From NCBI GenBank assembly GCA_020725145.1, contig DYFO01000004.1:2042-66041 (forward strand): DNA of 64,000 bases, written 5' to 3'. Each line of letters begins with the position of its first letter. The stretch's first letter is position 1. The translations under genes and the position numbers were made by a program. The notes under the pieces were generated by a model. The model did not search any database, was not told the DNA's origin, and saw nothing but the letters and a program-made list of their open reading frames with translations. Shown here piece after piece: positions 55,626-64,000 of the stretch. Source of the stretch: Symbiobacterium thermophilum. Lineage in GTDB: Bacteria; Bacillota; Sulfobacillia; UBA995.

Positions 55626-56316
55626 CGGGCTTGCCCCCTTCGTCCGACTGGCCACCGGCGGTGTCGCTCCCGCTCCCAAAGGGCATGGTCAGATACCGCC
55701 GTATTATGAACACCGGAGGCGGAAGCGAGACCGCCTCGGCCGCAAGCTCTTCCTTGAGGGCGAGGAAGGCCACCGGAAGCCCCAGCATTCGGGCGGCCTT
55801 ACGGACAATCCGGTCACCCTGTCGCACCACCTCGAGCGTGGTGAGCTCGCCCAGGTGGGTATTGCTGACCAGACCGGTGGCGCGGACCCGCGCGGCCGCC
55901 TCGAGCTCCCCCACCGCCCGCAAGATTCCGGCGGTGTCGGTGGTGAAAGGTCGGCGGGCATTGGCGACCACCAGCGCCTCATACTTTCCCGGTACGAAGT
56001 ACTGGTGCCACGCACCCAGCACCCGGGCGCCTCGTGGCTCGCCTCCCAGGTCGACCACCACTCGATCTCGCCAGGCTTGTAGGGCCGCGTGGATCTCGGG
56101 GGGAAGTGCCGGCAAGTCGGCCATCGAGGTAGGGCCCTGGGGAGCTACCACCTTCACTCCTGCCTCGTCCAGTACCCAACCGAGGTCGCGGCTGCGAAAG
56201 AAGGGTGTAACCGTATCCAGGTCCACCAGCCACGGCCTGGCCCCGGCGCGAGCCAGGGCCAGGGCGTAGTTTATGGCGACCTCGGTCTTACCGCTGCCGA
56301 ACCTGCCCAGGAACAC
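55603..56316 (-). CDS. P-loop NTPase of the MinD/ParA/CobQ superfamily, function unknown
   Basis: Deviant Walker A LGRFGSGKTE; no Cys motifs; GTG start; 3' end overlaps the ferredoxin start. Confidence 0.5.
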   Translation of the reverse strand: MFLGRFGSGKTEVAINYALALARAGARPWLVDLDTVTPFFRSRDLGWVLDEAGVKVVAPQGPTSMADLPALPPEIHAALQAWRDRVVVDLGGEPRGARVLGAWHQYFVPGKYEALVVANARRPFTTDTAGILRAVGELEAAARVRATGLVSNTHLGELTTLEVVRQGDRIVRKAARMLGLPVAFLALKEELAAEAVSLPPPVFIIRRYLTMPFGSGSDTAGGQSDEGGKPDGQTGGL

Positions 56317-56364
56317 GGTTATGCGGGGCGCATCTAACCGCGTTGGCCTTTCCCCCCGAACTTA

Positions 56365-57435
56365 CTAGCCCGGCAGGTACATCTGGTGGAGTTGCGCGAT
56401 GCGCGCGATGCGCTCTTCCGCCAGCCGGTCTGCGGCCCGATAGGTCGGTATCCCATCGCGCCGGGCGATGGCCAGCACCCGCCGAACGTTGTCGTAGATG
56501 GTGGCAGCCTTCCTCATGGCCCGATCCCGGTTGTACTTGCCCAGCATCTCGTCGGCCACGTTGATGACGCCACCGGCGTTGATTATGTAATCCGGCACGT
56601 ACAGTATACCACGGCGTTCAAGCTCATCGCCATCGGCTTCCGTCGCCAGCTGGTTGTTTGCACCTCCGGCCACCACGCGACACTTGAGCTCGGGAATGCT
56701 CCGAGCGTTCAGCACCGCGCCGAGCGCGTTGGGCGAGAAGATGTCGCAGGGCGCCGCGTGAATGTGTTGCGGGTCGACCACCTCGGCGCCGAACTCGCGG
56801 GCCGCCCGTTCTGCCCGGCCCGCGTCGACGTCGGCCACCAACAGCCGGGCACCCTCCTCGGCCAGGTGTCTTGCGAGCGCGTAGCCGACGTTGCCCACTC
56901 CCTGAACCGCCACCGTGCGCCCCTTCAGCGACTCCTCACCGAAGGCCTGGCCGGCGGCGGCTTTCATCCCTCGCCACACCCCGAAGGCGGTCACCGGAGA
57001 GGGGTCGCCGCTGGAGTCGGCGGTCGACAGGCCCAGCACGTATTCGGTCTCGGTGCGGATCACGTCCATGTCCTCAACCGACGTGCCGGAATCCTCAGCC
57101 GTGTAGTACCTGCCGCCCAGCGTTTGAACGAACCTCCCGAAAGCCCGCAGCATTTCCTCGCTCTTGTCCCGCCGTGGATCACCGATGATGACCGACTTGC
57201 CACCTCCCAGGCTCAGCCCGGCAGCAGCGTTCTTGTAGGTCATCCCGCGTGCGAGGCGCAGGACGTCCAAGATCGCATCGTCTTCTTTTTCATACGGGTA
57301 CATGCGGCAGCCGCCAAGGGCGGGACCCAGCGTGGTGTTGTGAAGGGCGATCAGCGCCCTCAGGCCGGACACCCGGTCGTGGCAGAAGATCAGCTGTTCA
57401 AACCCGTACTTGCCCATGTAGGCCAGAATATCCAA
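56365..57435 (-). CDS. Leucine/valine (branched-chain amino acid) dehydrogenase, copy 1
   Basis: Glu/Leu/Phe/Val dehydrogenase signature GGGKSVI plus Rossmann GVGNVG. Confidence 0.9.
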   Translation of the reverse strand: MDILAYMGKYGFEQLIFCHDRVSGLRALIALHNTTLGPALGGCRMYPYEKEDDAILDVLRLARGMTYKNAAAGLSLGGGKSVIIGDPRRDKSEEMLRAFGRFVQTLGGRYYTAEDSGTSVEDMDVIRTETEYVLGLSTADSSGDPSPVTAFGVWRGMKAAAGQAFGEESLKGRTVAVQGVGNVGYALARHLAEEGARLLVADVDAGRAERAAREFGAEVVDPQHIHAAPCDIFSPNALGAVLNARSIPELKCRVVAGGANNQLATEADGDELERRGILYVPDYIINAGGVINVADEMLGKYNRDRAMRKAATIYDNVRRVLAIARRDGIPTYRAADRLAEERIARIAQLHQMYLPG

Positions 57436-57480
57436 GCCCGTTCAGCCTCCTGCTCGGGTATTCCGGGATGCCAATCCCGG

Positions 57481-58563
57481 TCAGCGTTCCGCCGGGTGCG
57501 GAACGTGGATGCGCGCCAGCCCCGCCATGGCTTCCAGGCGCCGCCTGACCATCAGGTCGGCCGCCCGGTGGGTGGGAATACCCTTTTCCTTGGAGATGGC
57601 GAAGATCTCCTTCAGACGTTGGTAGATGGCGGCGGTGCGGGCCATGGCACGCTCCCGATCGAATTGCGGGAACTCCTCTGAAACCTGGATCAGGCCTCCG
57701 GCGTTGATGACGTAATCGGGAGCGTACAGAATTCCCAGCTCATGCAGGCGATCGCCGTGCCGGTCCTTCTCAAGCTGGTTATTGGCTGCCCCGCCGATTG
57801 CCTTGCAGCGCAACCTGGGGATGGTACGGTCGTTCAGCACGCCCCCCAAAGCGCACGGAGCGAAAAGGTCGCAGGGCACGTCGTAGATCTCGTCCGGCCC
57901 ACAGCGCTCGACGGGATGCTGCGCGGCCACTTCCTCGACGCGTTCTGGAGCGACGTCGGTCACGATCACCCGTGCCCCTTCCTGGCACAGGTAGGCGACC
58001 AGCTTGGCCCCTACCTTGCCCAGGCCCTGCACGGCGACGCTCCTCCCCTTGAGCGACGCGTCACCGGTTACTTCCTCGATGCACGCCTTGATGCCTTTCC
58101 AGCACCCAAAGGCGGTGGTGATGGAGGAATCGCCGCTGCCGCCGTATTCCTCCGGAAGCGCCACCAGGTAACCGGTCTCCTCGCGCGCCCACACGAAATC
58201 GTATGCCCCCGTGCCCACGTCGGTACCGGTCACGAACCTCCCGCCCAATGCCTCCACGTGCATACCCAGGGCGCGGAACAGCTCCTCGGACTTGTCGGTA
58301 TCGGGGTCGGCCCATAGCACCGCCTTGCCTCCCCCGAAATTGCTCCCCGCGGCTGCACACTTGTAGGTCATGCCCTCGGAGAGCCGGAGGACGTCCTCCA
58401 CGGCGTCCTCCTCCTTGGCGTACGGGTACATCCTCGTACCACCGATCGCCGGCCCCAGCGTCGTGTCGTGGATGCCGATGATTGCCCGCAACCCCGCCGA
58501 CGCACTGCAACAAAAAATAAGCTGTTCGTGGCCGGTTTTCGCCATGCGATCGAAAAGGCCCAC
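57481..58563 (-). CDS. Leucine/valine dehydrogenase, copy 2 (tandem paralogue)
   Basis: Start GTG (58563) after GGAGGG; N-terminus aligns with copy 1 (about 45% identity); GGGKAVL, GLGKVG. Confidence 0.85.
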   Translation of the reverse strand: MGLFDRMAKTGHEQLIFCCSASAGLRAIIGIHDTTLGPAIGGTRMYPYAKEEDAVEDVLRLSEGMTYKCAAAGSNFGGGKAVLWADPDTDKSEELFRALGMHVEALGGRFVTGTDVGTGAYDFVWAREETGYLVALPEEYGGSGDSSITTAFGCWKGIKACIEEVTGDASLKGRSVAVQGLGKVGAKLVAYLCQEGARVIVTDVAPERVEEVAAQHPVERCGPDEIYDVPCDLFAPCALGGVLNDRTIPRLRCKAIGGAANNQLEKDRHGDRLHELGILYAPDYVINAGGLIQVSEEFPQFDRERAMARTAAIYQRLKEIFAISKEKGIPTHRAADLMVRRRLEAMAGLARIHVPHPAER

Positions 58564-58630
58564 TGACAGCCCTCCCGGGTAGAGGTGCCGCGTGGCGGCT
58601 GCCCCTTCCAGTGGTGTTTTTTGCGGTGAC

Positions 58631-59491
58631 CTATTCGTCGGGAGGCGACGAATTCCTTTCCACCCCCACGGAACCGGCCTTCCAAAGCCCTCGGACCGCG
58701 CGCCATGCGCGATCCCCGAGACGGCTGAGGGAGGTGAACTCGGCCAAGCCGTGCACCAAGACCAGCAGCCCCAGCATTGCCGCACGTCCGACAAGGTCGA
58801 GGGACCTTGCCGCGAACAGGCCCGCGGCAGCGCCCAGTGCATTTGCCCCGGTGTCGCCCAACATCGCCTCCGCTCTCAGGTCCCACCGCGCCACCATCAC
58901 CGAAACCACCAGCAGGGGCGCAAAGGTCCACATCTCGGGCCCGTTCGTCCCGACCAGTGCCGACACCGCCACGGTGAACCAGAAGAACTTGAGGGCCCGT
59001 CCCGGACGGACGTCGAAGAGGTTGACCGCGTTGGCACCCAGTGCCACCAAGCCCACGTCAAATACCGCCGCCCATCCACGATCGGCGGAGGTCAGCGTGA
59101 GGGCGACCATTGCTCCCCCCACCGCCTTGAGCCCTCCGGAGGTGAGTGTTCTCCCGCGCACAAGCGCCCGAGCGTGTGCGCGCAGTCCTCCGTGTTCGCC
59201 TTCTCCCAAGACGTCGTCGGCCAGTCCCAACAGCCCCATGCCCCCAACTACAGCCAAGTAGGGCAGCTGCGCCTGACCTCCCCCGGCCAACGCCCGGACC
59301 GCCGCCCCCGCGAGATAGCTGGCGAACACCACCAGTCCAAGAGAACGCGGGCTCGAACGGCCCGAGTAGTTGGTTGAAGCCAGACCTTTGGTGCTCGCGA
59401 GCCGTGTCAGCGGGTCGACAAGCCACGCGGCGGCCGCGGCGGCCACCACGACGGCTACAAGTGAGGCTGCCGCCTCCCTCACCGCCACCAC
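58631..59491 (-). CDS. Glycosyltransferase family 4 polyprenyl-phosphate sugar-1-phosphate transferase (MraY/WecA-like)
   Basis: 10 TM helices; GLLGLADD motif and a DD motif. Confidence 0.7.
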   Translation of the reverse strand: MVAVREAAASLVAVVVAAAAAAWLVDPLTRLASTKGLASTNYSGRSSPRSLGLVVFASYLAGAAVRALAGGGQAQLPYLAVVGGMGLLGLADDVLGEGEHGGLRAHARALVRGRTLTSGGLKAVGGAMVALTLTSADRGWAAVFDVGLVALGANAVNLFDVRPGRALKFFWFTVAVSALVGTNGPEMWTFAPLLVVSVMVARWDLRAEAMLGDTGANALGAAAGLFAARSLDLVGRAAMLGLLVLVHGLAEFTSLSRLGDRAWRAVRGLWKAGSVGVERNSSPPDE

Positions 59492-60156
59492 CCTGTCAGG
59501 AGCACAACGAGCACGTCGCGAAGCTGCCGCAAACGGTGTAGCATGCCGCCGAGGTCGCGGCCGCTCGGACGGTGACGGATGTCGGTGGGGATCTCCCGGA
59601 TGGTAAACCCGCGGCGCAGGGCGCCGAGCGACATGGCCACCTCCACACCGAAGCCCGGTGCCAGCGGAAGCAGTGCTTCCAGGGCACGACGACTGACGGC
59701 CCGCTGTCCCGAAAGCGGCGCCACCAGGACGCGTCGGCCCAGCAACCGCACCCCCCAGTGGGCGATCGCCTTCACAAGGCCGAACCCGGGAGCGCGTGGG
59801 GGAGAAGGGATGATGGCCACCGCCAGGTCGGCTTCCCGCGCCAGCAGGGGGGCCAGCAGCCCACCGGTCTTTGCCGCCTCCCGACCCAGATCCGCATCGA
59901 CCAGCAGCAGCACGTCACCTCGCGTGAGGGTAAGTCCGGCCTCGATGGCGCCGCCCTTGCCGACATTTCGCTCCAGTCTGAGCACCTTCGCCCCGGCCCT
60001 CCGGGCTTCGTGTGCCGTGCCGTCTACCGAGCCGTCGTCGACCACCACCACCTCCGACACTTCCGGCATCCCAAGCAGCGCACGCACCGTCTCGCCCACC
60101 TGTAGTTCCTCGTTGTGGGCAGGCACCAGCGCGCTGACCGGTCTCGGGCCGTTCAT
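59479..60156 (-). CDS. Glycosyltransferase family 2
   Basis: GT-A fold with DDGS and DAD motifs; start ALVPAHNEE. Confidence 0.75.
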   Translation of the reverse strand: MNGPRPVSALVPAHNEELQVGETVRALLGMPEVSEVVVVDDGSVDGTAHEARRAGAKVLRLERNVGKGGAIEAGLTLTRGDVLLLVDADLGREAAKTGGLLAPLLAREADLAVAIIPSPPRAPGFGLVKAIAHWGVRLLGRRVLVAPLSGQRAVSRRALEALLPLAPGFGVEVAMSLGALRRGFTIREIPTDIRHRPSGRDLGGMLHRLRQLRDVLVVLLTGWWR

Positions 60157-60986
60157 GACCCCTTGCCGCCTGCGCCATGGTGGTCGAGGAGCGGATCTGC
60201 TTCGCCTGCCAGCAGGTAGACGAGGCTTACCATCCCCGTGGGGTCGCCGAGCCTTCGCGTGCAGGGGATGTTCTCAAGGCACGGATCGGCGTCGCCGCCG
60301 GCTGCGGCCCACACCACATGCAAGCCCGCCTCCCGCAGGCGTGTGGCCAGTGGCAGATCGAGATCGGTGGAAGTTGTTCGCGCGCCCGACCCCGTTCCCC
60401 CCAGCACCAGCACCGCCGTAGGACGGACGGAGCGTCCGCCGGCCAGGCGCATCAAGCCGGCCTGTGCAAGATGCTCGAGCAAGCCGAACTGCTCGGGCAC
60501 CGAAAGTGCCTCCGCGATCGCGTCGGCCAGGGTGGCCGGCGGGCGGTCGGAGGAGGCCAGCGCTTCGGCCACCCGGCGCGCCAGCACCTCGGGTTCGAGA
60601 TCGACGCTGACGCAGATGAACGCTACCAATTCGGCACCGGCAGCCTCCAGCACCCCTGTCAGTTCGCCGGGCGGGTCGGCGGCGGCGGTGCATACGATCG
60701 CCACCCGCTGTCCGCGCAGCCGACCCGCCACCGCCGCCGGGATCACCGCGGCCAGCGCCCTGCGCGCATCCTCCAGCTCCGCGCGCAGTGTCTCGGCCTC
60801 CACGCGTTGGCGGCGGCTCTCGGACCGCAACCTCTCGAACTCGGCCTCAAGGTGGGCGACGAGTGCGTCGTGCCGACCTGCCAGTCCCCCCTCGCCCATC
60901 ACCGCCCCGCCCGCCAGCATGCCGAGGCCCAGCGCCAAGAAGACGGCCACGAGGGTTATCACCAGATAGCGCATGTCAAGGCCCAC
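60153..60986 (-). CDS. SteB/MctB-like membrane-anchored protein (N-terminal TM, coiled coil, periplasmic domain)
   Basis: Single N-terminal TM, Ala/Arg/Glu-rich coiled coil; sits immediately downstream of the SteA-like gene as in Actinobacteria steAB. Confidence 0.4.
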   Translation of the reverse strand: MGLDMRYLVITLVAVFLALGLGMLAGGAVMGEGGLAGRHDALVAHLEAEFERLRSESRRQRVEAETLRAELEDARRALAAVIPAAVAGRLRGQRVAIVCTAAADPPGELTGVLEAAGAELVAFICVSVDLEPEVLARRVAEALASSDRPPATLADAIAEALSVPEQFGLLEHLAQAGLMRLAGGRSVRPTAVLVLGGTGSGARTTSTDLDLPLATRLREAGLHVVWAAAGGDADPCLENIPCTRRLGDPTGMVSLVYLLAGEADPLLDHHGAGGKGS

Positions 60987-61000
60987 TTGGGTGTGACCTC

Positions 61001-62134
61001 TCAGACCCCCATCCGCAGTCTCAGTTCGAGCAGGAGCAGCCGGAGGTAGGCTCGCGCGCTTGCCGAAAGACTCGTCAGCACGGCGATCGGCACCATTGCC
61101 GCCAGCAGAAGATGCGCCACGTACACCGGACGCAGCCTGCGCGGGTACAGCTGACTTACCCCCCGCGCGTCCACCAGGATGGGACCCACGCGCGAACGCA
61201 CCAGGAAGGTGCTGGCCATGCCGGGTCGTCCCTTCTCCAGGAAGTCGATGATGTTGGAATGTGTGCCCACGGCCACGATGAGGGAAGCTCCGTGTTCGTA
61301 GGCCAGGAGCAGCGCGATGTCCTCACTGGTGCCCGGAGCGGCGAAGATCGCGGCATCCAGTCCGAGGGCTCGTATGCGGTCAAGGCCCGGTGCCCTTCCG
61401 TTGGAGTAGGCATGCACGATCAGCTCGGCTCCCGATCTGAGCGCCGCGTCGCTGACGCTGTCCATGTCGCCCACGATGAGGTCGGGCCGGTAACCCGCCT
61501 CCAGCAACGCGTCTGCGCCGCCGTCCACCCCCATCAGGACGGGACGCAGGTCGTCCACGTACGGGCGAATGGCCGCCAGATCTTCACGGTAGCCCCGTCC
61601 CCTGACGACCACCAGCACATGCTTTCCGTGCATCCTGGTGCGGCAACGGGGAATCGCCAATCCGCCCAACACCAGCTCTTTCTCGCGTAGTGCGTGGCGC
61701 ATGGTGTTCTCGATAAAGCGTTCCAGCTCGCGCTCAAGGTTCGACCGGGCTGCGTGGAGGCTCGACTCCAGTTGCCTGCGGGTTAGAAGACGCCCGTAGG
61801 CTACCGGCCTTCCCGCCGACAACACGGTCTCATCCCTGATCTCCACGCGGCGGCCGTCAAGGGTGGCGCCGTCAAGCGGCTGCCCGTCGGACGCCCGCAG
61901 ATCATCGAGAACCACGACCCCTGCGTCCAGCAGGACCTGCGGGCCGAGGTTGGGGTACCGGCCGGTCACGCAGGGGGAAAGGTTGAGGACCGCCCGGACC
62001 CCCGAACGCACCAGCGATCGTGCCGCAAGCTCGTCAAGGTCTGGATGGTCGATGACGGCTATGTAGCCGGCCCGCAACCGCCGGACGAGGTCTTTCGTCC
62101 GCGGATCGTGACGGGCGACTCCCCGTACGGTCAT
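61001..62134 (-). CDS. SteA-like putative cytokinetic-ring protein (thiamine-pyrophosphokinase-like fold plus C-terminal TM)
   Basis: Start likely M7 (62134); motifs HDPRTKDLVRRL, AVIDHPDLD, GDMDSV; C-terminal TM helix. Confidence 0.6.
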   Translation of the reverse strand: MTVRGVARHDPRTKDLVRRLRAGYIAVIDHPDLDELAARSLVRSGVRAVLNLSPCVTGRYPNLGPQVLLDAGVVVLDDLRASDGQPLDGATLDGRRVEIRDETVLSAGRPVAYGRLLTRRQLESSLHAARSNLERELERFIENTMRHALREKELVLGGLAIPRCRTRMHGKHVLVVVRGRGYREDLAAIRPYVDDLRPVLMGVDGGADALLEAGYRPDLIVGDMDSVSDAALRSGAELIVHAYSNGRAPGLDRIRALGLDAAIFAAPGTSEDIALLLAYEHGASLIVAVGTHSNIIDFLEKGRPGMASTFLVRSRVGPILVDARGVSQLYPRRLRPVYVAHLLLAAMVPIAVLTSLSASARAYLRLLLLELRLRMGV

Positions 62135-62212
62135 GGCCAGGGTCCCCGGCATCTATTATCCGCAGCGGCGACCCAGGCCAAACCGCCGAGGGACGAGAAG
62201 AACCGGCAAGCG

Positions 62213-62986
62213 TCAGCTTGCCTTCAGCTCAATCCGGAGCTTGTCCGCGACCATGGCGATGAATTCGGAATTGGTCGGCTTGCCGCGTTCGAGGTTGACC
62301 GTGTAACCGAAGAGGTTGTTGATCACTTCTAGATTGCCGCGGCTCCAGGCCACCTCGATGGCGTGGCGGATGGCCCTTTCCACACGGCTGGGCGTGGTCT
62401 TGAACTTCATGGCGATCGAAGGATAAAGCTCCTTGGTGATCGCCCCCAGGAGGTCAATGCGTTCGATGACCATCAGGATGGCCTCGCGCAGATACATGTA
62501 ACCCTTGATGTGGGCGGGGACTCCGATCTCATGGATGATGCTGGTAACCTCCATGTCCATGCTCTTGGCGCGAACCTGCCTGACGCCGGAACGCGGAGCG
62601 CTGTTTGCCAGCTGTCTGACGCGGTTGGCCAGCACTTCCAGGCTGAAGGGCTTGAGGATGTAGTAATCCGCTCCCAGCTCAACCATTCGCTGCGTGATGC
62701 TCTCCTGACCGATAGCGGTGAGGACGATCACCTTCGGGCGTTGTGGAAGGTTCAGCGATACGAGCCGCTCGAGCACGCCGATGCCGTCGAGATGAGGCAT
62801 GATGATATCGAGGATGATGACGTTGGGTAGCTTGCGGTCCAGCTGCTCGAGTACTTCGGTGCCGTTGTGCGCCACTCCCACCAGTTCCATATCCTGCTGT
62901 CCCTCGATGTAGGTCCGCAGAACCTCACAGAACTCGCGGTTGTCGTCGGCGACCATCACCCTGATAGGTGTACCGGATTCTGCCAC
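62213..62986 (-). CDS. spo0A: Sporulation master regulator Spo0A
   Basis: Receiver domain [10 protein letters not shown]...[10 protein letters not shown] and the Spo0A-specific C-terminal effector domain ([41 protein letters not shown]). Likely GTG start at 62986 after GGGGAGGG; alternative ATG at 63046. Confidence 0.9.
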   Translation of the reverse strand: MAESGTPIRVMVADDNREFCEVLRTYIEGQQDMELVGVAHNGTEVLEQLDRKLPNVIILDIIMPHLDGIGVLERLVSLNLPQRPKVIVLTAIGQESITQRMVELGADYYILKPFSLEVLANRVRQLANSAPRSGVRQVRAKSMDMEVTSIIHEIGVPAHIKGYMYLREAILMVIERIDLLGAITKELYPSIAMKFKTTPSRVERAIRHAIEVAWSRGNLEVINNLFGYTVNLERGKPTNSEFIAMVADKLRIELKAS

Positions 62987-63084
62987 GGGCGCCAGACCCT
63001 CCCCTCTGGGACGAAGTGGGGGTGGGCTTCTACGGTCCGCTGCCATATTCCTCCTGCGGGCCGGGGGCAAGCCGGCTTCCCCGA

Positions 63085-64000
63085 TCAACGGCTTTTGACC
63101 ATCTGCGACAAGGCAACCCGGGCTTCCCTGAGCAGCGTAATGCCCCTCTGGCCGGTGGAGGCACCGCGTCCTACCAGCCCCGACTCCTTGGCCATCCATT
63201 CGGCGAATACCGCGTAACCTCGGGTGGGGTCGGTTATGAACACGTGCGTGACCGCTCCCACCAGTTTTCCTTGCTGGATTATGGGGCTTCCGCTCATACC
63301 CTGCACGATGCCGCCGGTCCGTCCCAGCAGTCTTCGATCGGTCACTCGAACGGTCATCCCTCTGGGGGTCGGTTGCTGCTGCCGTAAGTCGACCCGTGTG
63401 ATCTCTATCTCGAAGCTCTCGACCAGGTTACCCTCGACGACGGTGAGCAACTCGGCCGGCCCTCGCCGCACCTGGTGTGCCAGGCCTAAAGGGACAGGGG
63501 TATCATAGACCCCTGCGGGAAGCGGGCCCACAAGCCGCCCCACTATGCCAAAGGGTGTGTTGCGTTCGATAACGCCGAGCGTCGACCCGGAGTCAGGGCG
63601 CAGCTGACCCACCTTTTCGCCCGGATACCCCCGCCTGCCCTGCCGGATGCGCGCCACCACGGCATCCACGATCGTTCCGTCGCGGATGTCCACCGGGCGG
63701 TTGGTGTCGAGGTCGGTGACCACGTGCCCCAGCGCCGCGAATACGTTCGTCTGCGGGTGGTAGAAAGTAAGGGTGCCGACCCCGGCGGTTCCATCCCTGA
63801 CGACGAGTCCGAGTCGATGCATACCGCTATGGCGCTCGGGAGCTGGCATCACTTCCAGGCTTACCGCACGGCCGTTGCGCCTGATCCCCAGCAACACGGG
63901 GCTACCGCGCTTTCCTGCCCGGTCGACCAGTTCGGCCAGCTCGTCCTCACACAACACCGGCTGTCCGTCGACTGCCACGATGAGGTCCCCGGGCAAAACG
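63085..64000 (-). CDS. spoIVB: SpoIVB peptidase (partial; N-terminus lies beyond the window)
   Basis: PDZ segment ([12 protein letters not shown]) and the serine peptidase S55 core ([16 protein letters not shown]); adjacent to spo0A as in Bacillus. Confidence 0.85.
   Translation of the reverse strand, partial: VLPGDLIVAVDGQPVLCEDELAELVDRAGKRGSPVLLGIRRNGRAVSLEVMPAPERHSGMHRLGLVVRDGTAGVGTLTFYHPQTNVFAALGHVVTDLDTNRPVDIRDGTIVDAVVARIRQGRRGYPGEKVGQLRPDSGSTLGVIERNTPFGIVGRLVGPLPAGVYDTPVPLGLAHQVRRGPAELLTVVEGNLVESFEIEITRVDLRQQQPTPRGMTVRVTDRRLLGRTGGIVQGMSGSPIIQQGKLVGAVTHVFITDPTRGYAVFAEWMAKESGLVGRGASTGQRGITLLREARVALSQMVKSR

Noticed and set aside
63101-63121. GCGACAAG as a possible Spo0A box (TGTCGAA-like) near spo0A.
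   Set aside because: It matches only 6 of 8 positions and lies inside the spoIVB coding sequence. It is insufficient to call.
62987-63199. The N-terminal 70 codons of the Spo0A ORF upstream of the receiver domain.
   Set aside because: The Spo0A alignment starts about 4 residues before [13 protein letters not shown] at 62986 preceded by GGGGAGGG, or the ATG at 63046, is a better start. The upstream codons overlap the spoIVB 3' end out of frame.

Overview
This 64 kb window is roughly 70% GC and carries core chromosome of an endospore-forming Firmicute. The gene order matches Bacillus/Clostridia; by GC content the source is probably a Symbiobacterium- or Thermaerobacter-like thermophile, which is a guess. 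Almost all real genes are on the minus strand and tightly packed, often with 4-bp start/stop overlaps. The other strand carries many long, stop-free antisense ORFs that are artefacts of the high GC. Recognisable content, in window order: hup-spoIVA; gpsA-plsY-der-DUF512; a YIEGIA/cap pair with spoIIP; topB; the ispH-S1 fusion, plsC and cmk. A cobalamin-riboswitch-controlled operon follows (btuF/C/D-like transporter, a PflX-type radical SAM enzyme and a PLP transsulfuration enzyme), then nicotinamide salvage (pncB/pncA) and rluB/ridA. Next come a split LigD/Ku NHEJ module with ytfJ/ytfI, scpAB, and a sporulation island (spoVAF-AE-AD-AC, a dodecin-like gene, sigF-spoIIAB-spoIIAA, dacF). After that: pdp-punA-deoB-xerD, ald, spoIIM, an EndoQ/NUDIX/DUF3866 trio, and a 4-subunit 2-oxoacid:ferredoxin oxidoreductase with two tandem Leu/Val dehydrogenases. 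The window ends with a SteA/SteB-like pair plus two glycosyltransferases, then spo0A and a partial spoIVB. I found no rRNA, tRNA, CRISPR array or mobile element. The most interesting items are the B12 riboswitch operon with its fused ATPase, a long repeat-bearing intergenic region, and several uncharacterised families sitting in conserved sporulation or cell-division contexts.
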